Notes: generated by a model from the sequence alone, not told the origin. A DNA stretch of 64,000 nt from Octopus sinensis (GCF_006345805.1 NC_042998.1:125860001-125924000); one strand, 5' to 3'. Shown: positions 13,223-24,776, counted from the first letter of the stretch. Made by a program: numbers and translations.

Positions 13223-13469
13223 ATAACATAAGGGACTAAAGCCATCTGAATATGGCTAGGGACAGGGCAGGGTGGTGGGGGTGTTACTGTTGCATTTAGC
13301 CCCAGGCGGACATCGACGTCGCCAGATAGGCCCGACACCGTCACGGTGTCACGGTGTCGGGCCTATCTGGCGACGTCGATGTCCGCCTGGGGCTAAATGC
13401 AACAGTAACACCCCCACCACCCTGCCCTGTCCCTAACCATATTCAGATGGCTTTAGTCCCTTATGTTAT
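13223..13469. repeat. 247-bp near-perfect palindrome (119-bp arms, 9-bp spacer)
   Basis: 13223-13341 is the reverse complement of 13351-13469; one mismatch seen. Confidence 0.95.
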
Positions 13470-13511
13470 CGAGCAGTTACTGTCTATATCTCTTTTAGAG
13501 AATTATTATTG

Positions 13512-13555
<44 letters not shown>

Positions 13556-13562
13556 TATATAT

Positions 13563-14407
13563 AAAAGAATACAAAAACTGGGACAACAACGCAACAGGCG
13601 ACAACAAAACATCCAGACAGTTGGATGATACAAAAAGGGACTTGAAAAAACAAATTCGGTGTTTTCTTTTGTCAGTCGAGTTTCAGATTATCTTTGCAGT
13701 TTCAGCTAGTTATACACGAGACTGCTCCAATCTGGCCAGCCCCAAGGAAAATCTAAGCTAAGAGCACTAGATTCCTAAGAAGAAAGCAGCGAATGTATGG
13801 GGAAAAAACGGAGAAATGGTACATAAATACAAATGTAAACAACAGGACATTAACAACAGGTTTCTTTCAACTAAGGAAGAATTAAATTAAGGTGGCGTGC
13901 GTGGAAGTGAAGCCTTACGGCAGGGACATAAGAGGTAACAGGCATGGGAAGGAATATAGATGTTGTACGGATGGTAGTCGAACCAAGAAAGAAAAGTCAG
14001 GCTTGGCCGAACACCGGTCACGTGGAAAGAGAGGAGAGCGGTAGAGGCAGAGGGATAGAAGAATTAGGGAGGGACCAGGAAAAAGAAAAGGGACAGAATA
14101 AAGTGAAAGAGGAGGGAAAGTGAGAATGAATGGAAAACCAGGAAATGTGAGAGAGGGGGAGCGAAAGAAAGAAGAGTGGAAAGAACGAAGTGTGAAGGGA
14201 CTCTTAGCTTAGATTTTCCTTAGGGCTGGCCAGATTGGATCAGTCTCGAGTATAACCAGCAGAAACTGCAAAGATAATCTGGAACTCGACTGGCGAAAAA
14301 AAAACTCCGAATGACCCGTCGTTGTTTTTTCATGTCCCTTTTTGTATCATCCAACTGTCTGAATGTTTTGTTATCGCCTGTTGCGTTCTTGTCCCATTTT
14401 TTGCATT

Positions 14408-14410
<3 letters not shown>
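13563..14410. mobile_element. Non-autonomous element with ~200-bp terminal inverted repeats, inside (TA)n
   Basis: 13563-13762 is an imperfect reverse complement of 14200-14410; ~440-bp purine-rich interior; TA repeats on both sides. Confidence 0.8.
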
Positions 14411-14480
<70 letters not shown>

Positions 14481-14555
14481 CATACATACATACTTATATA
14501 TATACACACATATATATATATATATATACATACATACATACTTACTTACATATAT

Positions 14556-14601
<46 letters not shown>

Positions 14602-14603
<2 letters not shown>

Positions 14604-14850
14604 ATAGTAAAGAGTGAAAAAACGACAGAAGGCTTAAATGTTAAAAAATATATATATTTTCGTCAATATGTCTGAAGAATATTAGAAAATTTTTTAAACA
14701 AACTTTTTTTTCCTTTATAATGACATAATTTTTAAAGAAAGACCGGTTTCGCATTTAGCTTTTCAAATTTCTTGTGACGTTATGTTTATGTTTAATAGAG
14801 TTATCCTTCTAGAGTAAGCCTTCTGTCGTTTTTTCACTCTTTACTATTTT
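14602..14850. mobile_element. Short element with ~34-bp terminal inverted repeats containing a hammerhead-like motif
   Basis: aatagtaaagagtgaaaaaacgacagaaggctta / taagccttctgtcgttttttcactctttactatt; TA flanks. Confidence 0.85.
14735..14773 (-). ncRNA. Minimal hammerhead-like motif, U3-A8 core variant
   Basis: Minus strand: AAGAAA-t-TTGAAAA-GC(TAAAT)GC-GAAA-CCGG-TC-TTTCTT. Confidence 0.5.
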
Positions 14851-14914
14851 TTATATAAGCACCCACGTGCTTTCACAAACCAACTTTCTTATCTATATAT
14901 ATATATATATTATA

Positions 14915-16210
14915 CTAGCAGTATCGCCCGGCGTTGTTCGGGTTTGTAAGGGAAATAACTATATAAGCATTTTTAGAGAGTTATAGCCAAAAAATAGGAA
15001 AAAAATGCATTAAAAATGGAAAAAAAATTTAGGTAAATTTCTTTTTAAATCGTTGACACATCGTAGATATTTTTAGAGAGTTACTTCCCTTATATAATAG
15101 CGAAAAAAATGCATTAAAATGGAAAAATATGATGGTAAATTTTTTTAAATCGTAGACTCATCGTAGACGCGCGCTAATACCCAGAAGGGCTCGATATGAC
15201 TCACGACTATAAGATACCCGGTTTGGTTTTTCTTAACCCTTTCGTTACTATATTTCTGACCAAAATACACCCCTTATGTGTTTCAATTATTTTCTAACGT
15301 AATCATAAATTTAGTCTGGTTTCATTAAACAACTATAACTTTTTTATTTATCAATATATTAATGTGATTTTTGGAAGATAATTTAATGAAATGTCCTCAA
15401 CCAATTCTATACTATAATTTTTGTCACAAAGTGACTCTAATTGCAGGTAGATACAGGTAAATTCAACAATATATAAAATTATTAAAATTTTGTTCAAACA
15501 TTGCTATAGAAAATGGGTTATTAGCTAATATTCAATTGGGTATACAACAAAATTTTACGATATAATTTGTTATTCTGGGTAACTTTCTGATACCCATAAT
15601 AATATTTATGGCAAAATAGGCCTTAATTTCATTTAAGGTTGTGGGAAATAACAAACTATCCTTTCTTTCGTTTTGTTTACGTTTAGCGTAACGGTTTGTT
15701 TCTGCCGTAATGATTACAAATAGGCTCATTCGAAAAAGTAAATAGAAATAGTTTAAGGCTTTACTCTTCTGGGAAAGTCTGTGGCTTGGTGCAGTTTCTT
15801 CAGAAAAATCACCGAAAGAAACAGTTTTTAAATTTTCACTCCATTCAGGTACCAATTCGTTTTCTTTATCGCTGTCGGATTCACTGTTTTCACTTTAATA
15901 GCTGCAAACTTGCAAAGACAAAGGAGGAGAAGGGTGATAGCGTCAGTGAAACAGTTCGTTCCCTTTGTGTGTGTGTGCGTTTGCGTGTGGTGTAAACCAC
16001 ATTAAGAAGAGCATTTGACATACACACCAGAATGTGAGTTTTCTGTAAATTTTGCTTAATTGGAGTTTAAATTTTAAAAACTGGACCTGGCATGACCCGA
16101 TGCATTCTACTCTTAAAAATGCTAGGTAAATTGTAATTGAAGAAATCCTATATTGTAGATTTCTATAACTTACAAAGGGAGGCAGATAAAATCTGCCTTT
16201 TATAATAAGA
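14915..16210 (-). mobile_element. Helitron-like non-autonomous element
   Basis: Minus-strand 3' end cccgaacaacgccggg hairpin, then CTAG|T at 14915. Candidate 5' end A|TC at 16210 with subterminal hairpin aggcagat-aaa-atctgcct. The 3' end is more secure than the 5' end. Confidence 0.65.
15233..15900 (-). mobile_element. piggyBac transposase remnant with one terminus
   Basis: TTAA-CCCTTTCG terminus at 15233; ORF 15532-15855 has LNYFYLLF...TAETNRYA...PTTLNEIKAYFAINIIMGIRKLPRI (N-terminal DDE_Tnp_1_7-like region). Confidence 0.8.
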
Positions 16211-16224
16211 TATATATATATATA

Positions 16225-16430
16225 GTTAATCCAAACAAGAAAACACAAAAAAACACAACAACGCGAGGACGTGGAACAAATATAGTATTATTGGACGCTC
16301 AGGAAAGAAGGGAAGACGGAGGGTTTAACGTTTCGAGCGGAGCTCTTCGTCGGAAACATAGGAGAAGGAAAGATCCCGAGAAGGGAAGACAGAGTAAAAA
16401 AATCGCCAACGGTACACACGAGGTCACATT
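16225..16430 (-). mobile_element. Penelope-like terminal-repeat (pLTR) fragment between (TA)n tracts
   Basis: Shares sequence with 28680-28850 and 55900-56135 and carries a minimal hammerhead motif. The PLE assignment is inferred from the motif type. Confidence 0.6.
16323..16357 (-). ncRNA. Minimal type-I hammerhead motif (C3-G8, U4C)
   Basis: GTTT-CCGACGA-A-GAGC(TCC)GCTC-GAAA-CG-TT-AAAC. Confidence 0.7.
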
Positions 16431-16487
16431 TATATATATATATATAGTTCATAAAAGATTAGAGATCTACATAAATCAAATTTTTAT

Positions 16488-16856
16488 ATATAAAAGATGG
16501 AGGTGAAAATAGTACAGAAATAAGTCTAAAACATTTCAACTTAAGAAGGAATTTAATAAAAAATTATATAAAGAAAATATTACCGGTTTTGATGTATCTC
16601 ATTTTATTAAATATCAGTTAAAAAATTTTTTAATTTGAAAGAAAAACATTTTATCTTCTGTCTGAGGGTCAAGAACATGTCTGACCCCCAGACAGAACAT
16701 AAACTGTTTTTACTTTAAATTTCAAAATTTTTTACTGATGTTTGATAAGATGAGATACATTGAATTCGGTAATATTTTCTTTATATAATTTTTTTATTAA
16801 ATTCCCTTTTAAATCGAAATATCTTAGACTTACTTCTGTGCTATTTCCACCTCCAT

Positions 16857-16864
<8 letters not shown>
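16488..16864. mobile_element. ~375-bp fold-back (MITE-like) element in (TA)n
   Basis: Arms agatggaggtgaaaatagtacagaaataagtctaa… / …ttagacttacttctgtgctatttccacctccatct; central GC-richer hairpin at ~16658-16697. Confidence 0.8.
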
Positions 16865-16918
<54 letters not shown>

Positions 16919-17254
16919 ATATATATATATATCCGTCTGGATAATTACTACTTCCAAGGTTCTGCTAGCTATGAAACACATGTAATCTGGATTTTATCTA
17001 CTCTATTCCCTACATATGTAGCAGTAAAATTCTTCACAGAAAGACAATGAAGTAACTTACGAAAAACAGGAAACATGCACACACACACACACACACACAC
17101 AGAGAAAGAGAACATGCTCATCCCTCCCTCATCAGTTATCGATAAAAAAAGTCATTATAGTTTCGACGCCTTAATAATTCTTTTATCGGAAAGGCCAGAT
17201 AATTTGAGGGAGAAACTTTATTGCTAAATTGTTGATCATTCTATGGTGGTTGGT

Positions 17255-17410
17255 CTTTACTTTCTGAGTTCAAATTCCGCTGATGTTGTCTTTGCCTTTC
17301 ATCCTTTTGGGGGTTGATAAATTAAGTACCATCTGAGCACTGTGATTACATCGACTTTCCTCCTTCCTCGAAACAACTGGCCTTGTGCCAAAATTTGAAA
17401 CCAATATTAA
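17255..17410 (+). mobile_element. S1 SINE, 5'-truncated
   Basis: ttctgagttcaaattcc…gcctttcatcc…ggccttgtgccaaaatttgaaacc. Confidence 0.75.
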
Positions 17411-17861
17411 ATTCAAAAAGATTGAAATAGTTTAGTAATGATAGTAATTGAAAGACCATAGTTGTCAAAAAAAATGTGTGCATCTTTCCTAAATGTTTTT
17501 CTTTTCTTTTTTTTGCCATGAACTGAATTTTTCGATACGGATTGTTTTTGTCTTCTTGAACTAGCGGTTCGTCAAAAGGGAATTGACAGAATAAGTACTA
17601 GACTTACAAAATAAGTACGGTATTGATTTGTAAGACTAAACTCTTTAAGGCAGTGCCCCAGCGTGGCCGCAGTTCAATGACTGAAACAATTAAAAGATAT
17701 GTATATACAGAAAGATTGGACGAGGTTAGGAAAGGGTAGCGAATCTAACAATCGCCCATTTAGCTAGAATGCTAAAAACAATAAAAAATCATATGAAAAC
17801 GTATAGATGATTGGACATAGTACTGAGAAACGTAAACCAGTATGTAATATTTCGTTAAAGT

Positions 17862-18490
17862 ACGAGCTGGCAGAATCGTTAGCACGCCGAGCAAAATGCT
17901 GAGCGGTATTTCGTCTGCCGTTACGTTCTGAGTTCAAATTCCGCCAAGTCGACTTTGCTTTCATCCTTTCGTGGTCGATGAATTAAGTACCAGTTACGCA
18001 CTGGGATCGATGTAATCGACTTACTCCGTTTGTCTGTCCTTGTTTGTCCTCTCTGTGTTTAGACCCTTGTGGGTAGTAAAGAAATAGGTATTTCCTCCAT
18101 CTTTATGTTCTGAGTTCAAATTCCGCCGAGGTCAGCTTTGTCTTTTATCCTTTCGGGGTCCACAAAGTAAGTACCAATTGATGATCACTGGGGTCAATGT
18201 AATCGACTTCCCCCATCCTCATCCAAATTTGCTGGCCTTGTGCCAAAATTTGAAAGCAATATGTCTTTCATTAAGGCGGTGGGCTGGGACAATCGCTAGC
18301 ACGCTGGGCAAAATGCTTAGCGGCATTTCGCCCGTCTTTACATTCGGAGTTCAAATTCTACTGGAGTAGACGTTACCTTTCATCCTTTCGATGTCGATAA
18401 ATAAGTACCAGTTGATCACTAGGGTCAATGTAATCAACTTACACCCTCCTCCAAAATTGCTGGCCTTGTGCCAAAATGTAAAACAATATG
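17862..18490 (+). mobile_element. Cluster of three S1 SINE units
   Basis: Repeated head, central-domain and tail motifs at ~17862, ~18090 and ~18270. Confidence 0.85.
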
Positions 18491-19194
18491 TAATATTTCG
18501 TTTCTTTTTCATTTTTAACACGCCAATTGTGTTCGACGTCTAACTACCATTAAAGGGCGGAGTAACCGAATTACAAATTGTTTCAGTCAACTTTGAAAAC
18601 AAGACTAGAATTTAGGTTGATATCCGAACGAGTAAAATACCTCTGAACAAGCTAAAAGACTTCGGTCTCAGCAACATCAGAATTAACAGGCAACCTATGG
18701 TTAGTGAAGGCCTGTTAAAATAATTGAAGTCTCATGAGTTAAAGAACTTAGAGAAAAATTATAAGAACTGCAAAACGATTTAATCTATGAAAGTCACAAT
18801 AACCTTTTCGGTTGACTTCCAGAAGATTATGAAACAAATAAAATAATGTTTATTAAAAATTTATTTCATTAACTCAAAGAATAAATAGAAAATTATCTCT
18901 ATACAAGTGGTCTAAATTCCTGTTGTCCATAATCTCACATACATATTGACGCACACACATCAAGCACGAAATATGAAACACAAAACCATGAATGCGTATG
19001 TATATGTATTATGTAGAGAACGAAAGTAATGTGTTCGTGTGTGTGAGAGCGTGTGTGCGTATAAATAATTATATAAATTGCGTATGAATATGTATATGTG
19101 TGTGTGTGTAGGTATGTATGCATGCATGTGTGTGTATATATATATATATTTACACACACACGCATATATATTTATATATATATATACATATATA

Positions 19195-19747
19195 TTGGGT
19201 TATCCGGAAAAGTCGTGCCGATTTTTAAAGGAAAGAAAAAAGTCAATAAATACTTGGCATTACATTTTTAATCAACCAAATATGAACCATTTTGTTGCAC
19301 AATGCGTCTCCATCTTTCCTTTAACTTGAAAATACCTTCTTCCCAGAATTGAGGTGGTTTCATGGCAAATAATTCCTGAAGGTATCTTTTTATGTCATCC
19401 AAGGAATTGAAATTTTTACCATTAAGACTATTCTGCAGAGACCTGAATAAGTGAAAATCCATAGGACCAATATCTGGTGAATATAGAGGGTAGGGAAGCA
19501 TATCTCAGCCGAGCTGCAACAATTTTTGTCTGTTTCCCAAAGCATAAAGTGACGAAAATGAACTTTCTTATCTTCCATTTTAAAGGGTTATGGAATTAAC
19601 ACAGGTTATAGGAACATAAACCTTCTTCCACGAAAAGATAGCTTAAACTGTGCTCTAAATGGAGGTATAGTCAAATCCTATTTTGTGGACTCAACCATGT
19701 TCTAAAATAAGTCGAAAGGTAAACTACAATAAATCGGCACAACCCAA
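19195..19747 (-). mobile_element. Internally deleted mariner element
   Basis: TA-ttgggtt…aacccaa-TA termini; N-terminal MEDKKVHFRHFMLWE joined to C-terminal YSPDIGPMDFHLFRSLQNSL…IFKLKERWRRIVQQNGSY. Confidence 0.92.
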
Positions 19748-19915
19748 TATATACACATACACATACACACATATACATATATATATATATGTATATATAT
19801 ATGTGTGTATATATATGTATATATATATTTTTATATATACATATGTGTGTGTGGAAATAGTGCGTTGCTTAGTATCCAACGAATTAGGAAAAAATGCTCA
19901 ATATAAGTTGTAGAG

Positions 19916-20533
19916 CAGTGGTCTCCAACCTTTTTTATCCACAGACCGGTTTCACTTCGGACAGTCTTTCCGCGGACCGGTAGTGGCACATATGTATCAT
20001 TTAAGTACATTTCAATAGAGAGCAATAATTAAAAAAAGAGCAATTTATTAAAGGGAAGAAAAAGTGTATAATCATTTAACTCTGATGTCTGGGCTCCAGA
20101 CTGACCACACACTTGCGTGCTTAGTTTCCCTGAATCAATACCTATTACACAATTATCACATCAATATCAACTCACCATAAGGTAGAATCAGTGGGAACCT
20201 GAGCTTGTTCCCTTACAACAAGATGGTCCTATATAGGAGTGAAGGGAGACAATAACACGATTGCTAAATTGAGTTTAATTCTATTTATAACCGCTCTGAT
20301 GTCTGGAGTGCTGGACGATATGTCAAGTAGGATATGGTGAGAACTTGCTTCATTCCTTATGTCTAGTCTACTTCGTAATTTTGTTTTGGTCATTGTCACA
20401 GCAGAAAGTCCCGCTTATTTCTTTGCAGTAGCAAATGGTCCACGGACCAGTATGGGGTACAAATGGTCCGGTACGGGGTAGCAAATGGTCCACGGACCAG
20501 TACGGGGTACGAGGCCCGGTGGTTGAGAATCTC
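19916..20533 (+). mobile_element. hAT (Charlie-type) MITE
   Basis: Begins CAGTGGTCTCCAACC and ends GGTTGAGAATCTC; flanked by ttgtagag/ttgtagaa (7/8 TSD match); subterminal atggtccacggaccag repeats. Confidence 0.75.
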
Positions 20534-20656
20534 TTGTAGAATATGTGAGATTTTTATTTTTATTAAAATTGAAGCCAAGACTTTGTCTTGTGACTCATGT
20601 TTCACGCCCCTGTCATCTTCAGGCGTAACTGATACCATACGGTTTTGCTGGTGATG

Positions 20657-20694
<38 letters not shown>

Positions 20695-20820
20695 TATATA
20701 TATATATATGTGTGTGTGTTGTGTGTATGTATGTATGCATAAGTATATACATAATATATATACACATATAATATATATATGTATATATAATATATATATG
20801 TATATATAATATATATATAT

Positions 20821-20876
<56 letters not shown>

Positions 20877-21318
20877 AGAGAGAGAGAGAGAGAGATACAT
20901 ATATATGTGTGTGTTGTGTGTGTCAAGGTAGTGCTCCAGCAAGGCTGCAGTCAAATGACTGAAACAACTAAATGAATAAAAGGTTAAGAATATATATTTA
21001 CATGTGGGTGCTATTTGTTGATCTATATGAGTGATCTGGGGCTTGTGTTCGGTCTTTGAGTATTTCATTGGCTATATGCAGTGTTCGTATTTCTTGTTAT
21101 TGTTCATGGTAAGCTGATGGATTGATGGTAGGTGTTTTTATTTATACCATGTGTTTTTATTTTCATTTGTTTACTAAAGTAACTTTAACTTTAGTAAAAC
21201 TCGAGTCGCAAAAGAAACTCTCAGCTTCAATTGAAACCAAAAATTATATACATATATATTTCGTTTTTGGATTTGTTTTACAAGTTTCTTTATATGAGCT
21301 CATGTTTTGAAGCATATT

Positions 21319-21504
21319 CTGTTGTGTCTGGGGAAAGTCATTTTCTTTTTGTGCTATATACTGTAACACACTCACCATTGAAAAGGTTGCAAGACGCAAC
21401 GAAAATTTTAGGAAAATAAAAATAAGAAATAAGTGGAAATTTTACCGGTGAGTGTGTTACATTATAAGGCACAAAAAGAAAATGACTCTCCCCAGACACA
21501 ACAG
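21319..21504. mobile_element. ~190-bp MITE-like element with 58-bp inverted arms
   Basis: 21319-21376 is an imperfect reverse complement of 21447-21504. Confidence 0.8.
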
Positions 21505-21843
21505 TATATATATATATCATTATTTCTAAATCTCTCAACGAGAGCCATTCAATAACAGTACTTTAAAGTAAAAGCTATTTGCCAACATAACGTCGCAGCC
21601 CCGGTTGGGACGAATGCTATTGTTGTTTAGCCCCAGGAAACATCGTCTCCAGCTGGCTATACGGCACGATATCTGTGTCCTTATGTTTTCGAACAGGAGA
21701 GTTCAACATCCACACTCAGCACAAAGCAATGTGTGTGTGTGTGCATACATATACATACACATACATATATATGTATACATGTATATAAGTACACACACAG
21801 GTACGTATATATATATATGATTATGTGAATATATGTGCGCGTA

Positions 21844-21904
<61 letters not shown>

Positions 21905-21910
<6 letters not shown>

Positions 21911-22129
21911 AGTGTGAGCGCGAGCGCTTGTGTGGGTATCATAGCATACATGTACCAGCTGGCGTACATATTTTCAGGATCATGGGCTAAAATCTTCTTA
22001 AGAAAATACGAGATTACAATAGTTTCAACGTCATGATTAGCGAAAGCGAAACCGGTCGAGAAACACAATATAAAGTATATTTTAAAATATATTAGAATAT
22101 GTGAAGTGAGTGCATTTTCAATCTTTTGT

Positions 22130-22192
<63 letters not shown>

Positions 22193-22620
22193 TCTCGAGC
22201 GCATGTGTGTGTATCTTAGCATACGTGCACCAACTGGTGTACATATTTTCAGAATAATAAAGTCCAGAGCATCTCGCCGGTGCCAATAGATTTCATTGTT
22301 GTAAGGAGTTAAATGTTTTGGTATAATGGTTCTTTGATAGAGTACAGTATATTACTCATATTATTGTGCAATTTATAATTTTGATCTGGCCATGTTGAGC
22401 TCATTAAATTGACTGATTGTCATAATAACGTTTCTATATCAATTTTATGGTATTTCTTTTACGTATGAACACATTAAGACATATGCAGATTGGAGCGGAA
22501 CGTAACAATTAACTATAATCTATTAGTTATGGACACTTATTCTTGTTTCCGCTGCCGGTTATGGAATTTTATTTTTCAACCTTCATTCAAATGAAAGACA
22601 TAATTCAGGAACTGAATCTT

Positions 22621-22652
<32 letters not shown>

Positions 22653-22812
22653 CTTAGTAACAATACCTTTAGTGATGTGTGTACTTTACGGGAGAACAGC
22701 TGTATGTGGGTTTTTCGTTCGGAAAACATCTTGAGAAAGATTGAAAGATGAATTCATTCATTAACAAGTGTCAAATACGGCAGGAGACAACTTGTATGAA
22801 GAGAAGAACGTG
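21905..22812 (+). mobile_element. Non-coding repeat family X (segments V + microsatellite + U), copy 1
   Basis: Segment U (~22190-22812) recurs at 24045-24640(-), 24985-25580(-) and 26445-26935(+). Segment V recurs at 25915-26050(-) and 26215-26385(+). Confidence 0.85.
22031..22059 (+). ncRNA. Minimal hammerhead-like motif, A3-U8 core variant
   Basis: TC-ATGATTA-GC(GAAA)GC-GAAA-CCGG-TC-GA; G10.1-C11.1 pair, GUC triplet and palindromic ACCGGT stem III. Confidence 0.6.
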
Positions 22813-23004
22813 CTTGGTGTTAAAACCTCTTAGAATCATAGACAGGCGATATAAATCAACTCCGATCGAGATTCGCCATTTTTGTGGCTTATCAGCATCA
22901 AGTACCTGAATCGAACCGGGGACGAATCGAATTGCCAGTCTCTGACTCGATAGGAGGCGAGTTGTCCCTCCTGTCTATGACTTTCAGGTGTTTTAACACC
23001 CAGC
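22812..23004. mobile_element. Small element with ~31-bp imperfect terminal inverted repeats
   Basis: ggtgttaaaac…tcatagacagg / cctgtctatga…gttttaacacc. Confidence 0.6.
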
Positions 23005-23194
23005 GTTGTGAGGTAGATGTTCCTCCTGCGCTAACAGCGAATCGGCGAACGAACGAAAAAAACATACACTGAGTATGTGCGGCTGATTATTTATTTATAT
23101 ATAGTATCCATAACTCTGAGTCTGACAGAGAATATTTTGTTTGCATCCTGGTCATAGATTATAAATTTTGACTTTCAGACTTCTTGCTTTGAGA

Positions 23195-23780
23195 TTTTTT
23201 TATTCTAAATGGCCTGCAATGTACCTTTAAATGTGTAACCACCTTGAATGTGTGTGTGTGTATTTGTTGATCAATATGAGTGGTCTGAGGCTTGTGTTAG
23301 GCCTTTAAGCAATTCACTAGTTTCACTAGTTATAAATGTTGTATCTGTGGGTGCAGTGTTCGTATTTCTTGCAATAGTTTATGGTAAGGTGATGAATCGT
23401 TGGTAGGGTTTTTTTTATTTATTTATACCGTGTTTTTATTTTCATTTGTTTACTAAAGTAAGTAACTTTATCTTTAGCGAGTTTCGCTAAGTCTACAGTT
23501 ACTTACTTTAGAAAACAAATGAAAATAAAAAACACGGTATAAATAAACACGCCTACCAACGATTCATCACCTTACCATAAACTATTGCAAGAAATACGAA
23601 CACTGCACCACAGACACAACATTTATAACCAATGAAATACGCAAAGATCGAACACAAGCCTCAAACCACTCATATTGATCAACAAATACACGCACGCACA
23701 CACACACACACACACCACACACATTCAAGGTGGTCACACATTTAAAGGTACATTGCCAGGCCATTTAGAATAAAAGATCT
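23195..23780. mobile_element. ~580-bp fold-back element
   Basis: The left half is an imperfect reverse complement of the right half about a centre near 23480; a partial left-arm copy lies at ~21000-21215. Confidence 0.85.
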
Positions 23781-23792
23781 CGTACATATGTG

Positions 23793-23824
<32 letters not shown>

Positions 23825-24044
23825 TGTATGTATGTATGTATGTATGTATGTGTGTGTGTGTGCATGTATGTATGTTTGTGTATGCGTGCGTGTGAGTATG
23901 TATGTATGTACGCAGGTATGAAAGTTGTGAGTGCACATACATACATACATACATACATACATACATACATACATACATACATACATACATACATACATAC
24001 ACAAATACATACGAAACTCCTCAAGACTATTTTCATGAGTATAA

Positions 24045-24731
24045 TACTGCGTGCGCGTTCTTCTCTTCATACAAGTAGTCTCCTGTCGTATTTGATACTT
24101 GTTAATGAATGAATTGGTCTTTCAATCTTTCTCAAGATGTCTTTCAAAACAAAAACCCACATACAGCTGTTATCCGTAAAGTACACATCACTAAAATATT
24201 GCTACTCAAAAAAAAAATGTTCCTGAATTACGTCTTTTATTTGAATGAATGTTGACAATAAAATTCCATAACCAGCAGCGGAAACAATAATAAGTGTCCG
24301 TAACTAATAGATTATAGCTAATTGTTACGTTCCGCTCCAATCTGCATATGTCTTAATGTGTTCATACGTAAAAGAAATACCATAAAATTGATATAGAAAC
24401 GTTGTTATGACAATCAGTCAATTTAACGAGCTCAACATGGCCAGATCAAAATTATAAAGTGCACAATAATATGAGTAATATACTGTACTCCATCAAAGAA
24501 CCCTTATACCAAAACATTTAACTCCTTACAACAATTAAATATATTGGTTCCAGCGAGATGCTCTGGACTTTATTATTCTGAAAATATGTACGCCAGCTGG
24601 TACACGTATGTTAAGATACCCACACATGCGTTCACACTCGCATATAAACAGATATATACGAGGCGCACATATATTCATGTAATCATATATATACGCGCGT
24701 GTGTATTTATATATGTGTATACATATATGTG

Positions 24732-24776
<45 letters not shown>

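Noticed and set aside
14205-14285. Hammerhead-like geometry in the arms of the 850-bp TIR element
   Set aside because: Stem I- and stem II-like pairings and GAAA are present, but G5, A9 and the U16.1 of the cleavage triplet are missing in both arms.
19940-19975. GAAACCGGTC on the minus strand of the hAT MITE as a hammerhead
   Set aside because: No stem II, no stem I and an 8-nt pseudo-core. It shows the 3' half-motif alone can occur by chance, so only motifs with all three stems were accepted.
23455-23505. Hammerhead at the centre of the 580-bp fold-back
   Set aside because: A CTGTAGA and a GCGAAACTC occur, but no consistent stem II, 3-8 pair and cleavage triplet can be drawn.
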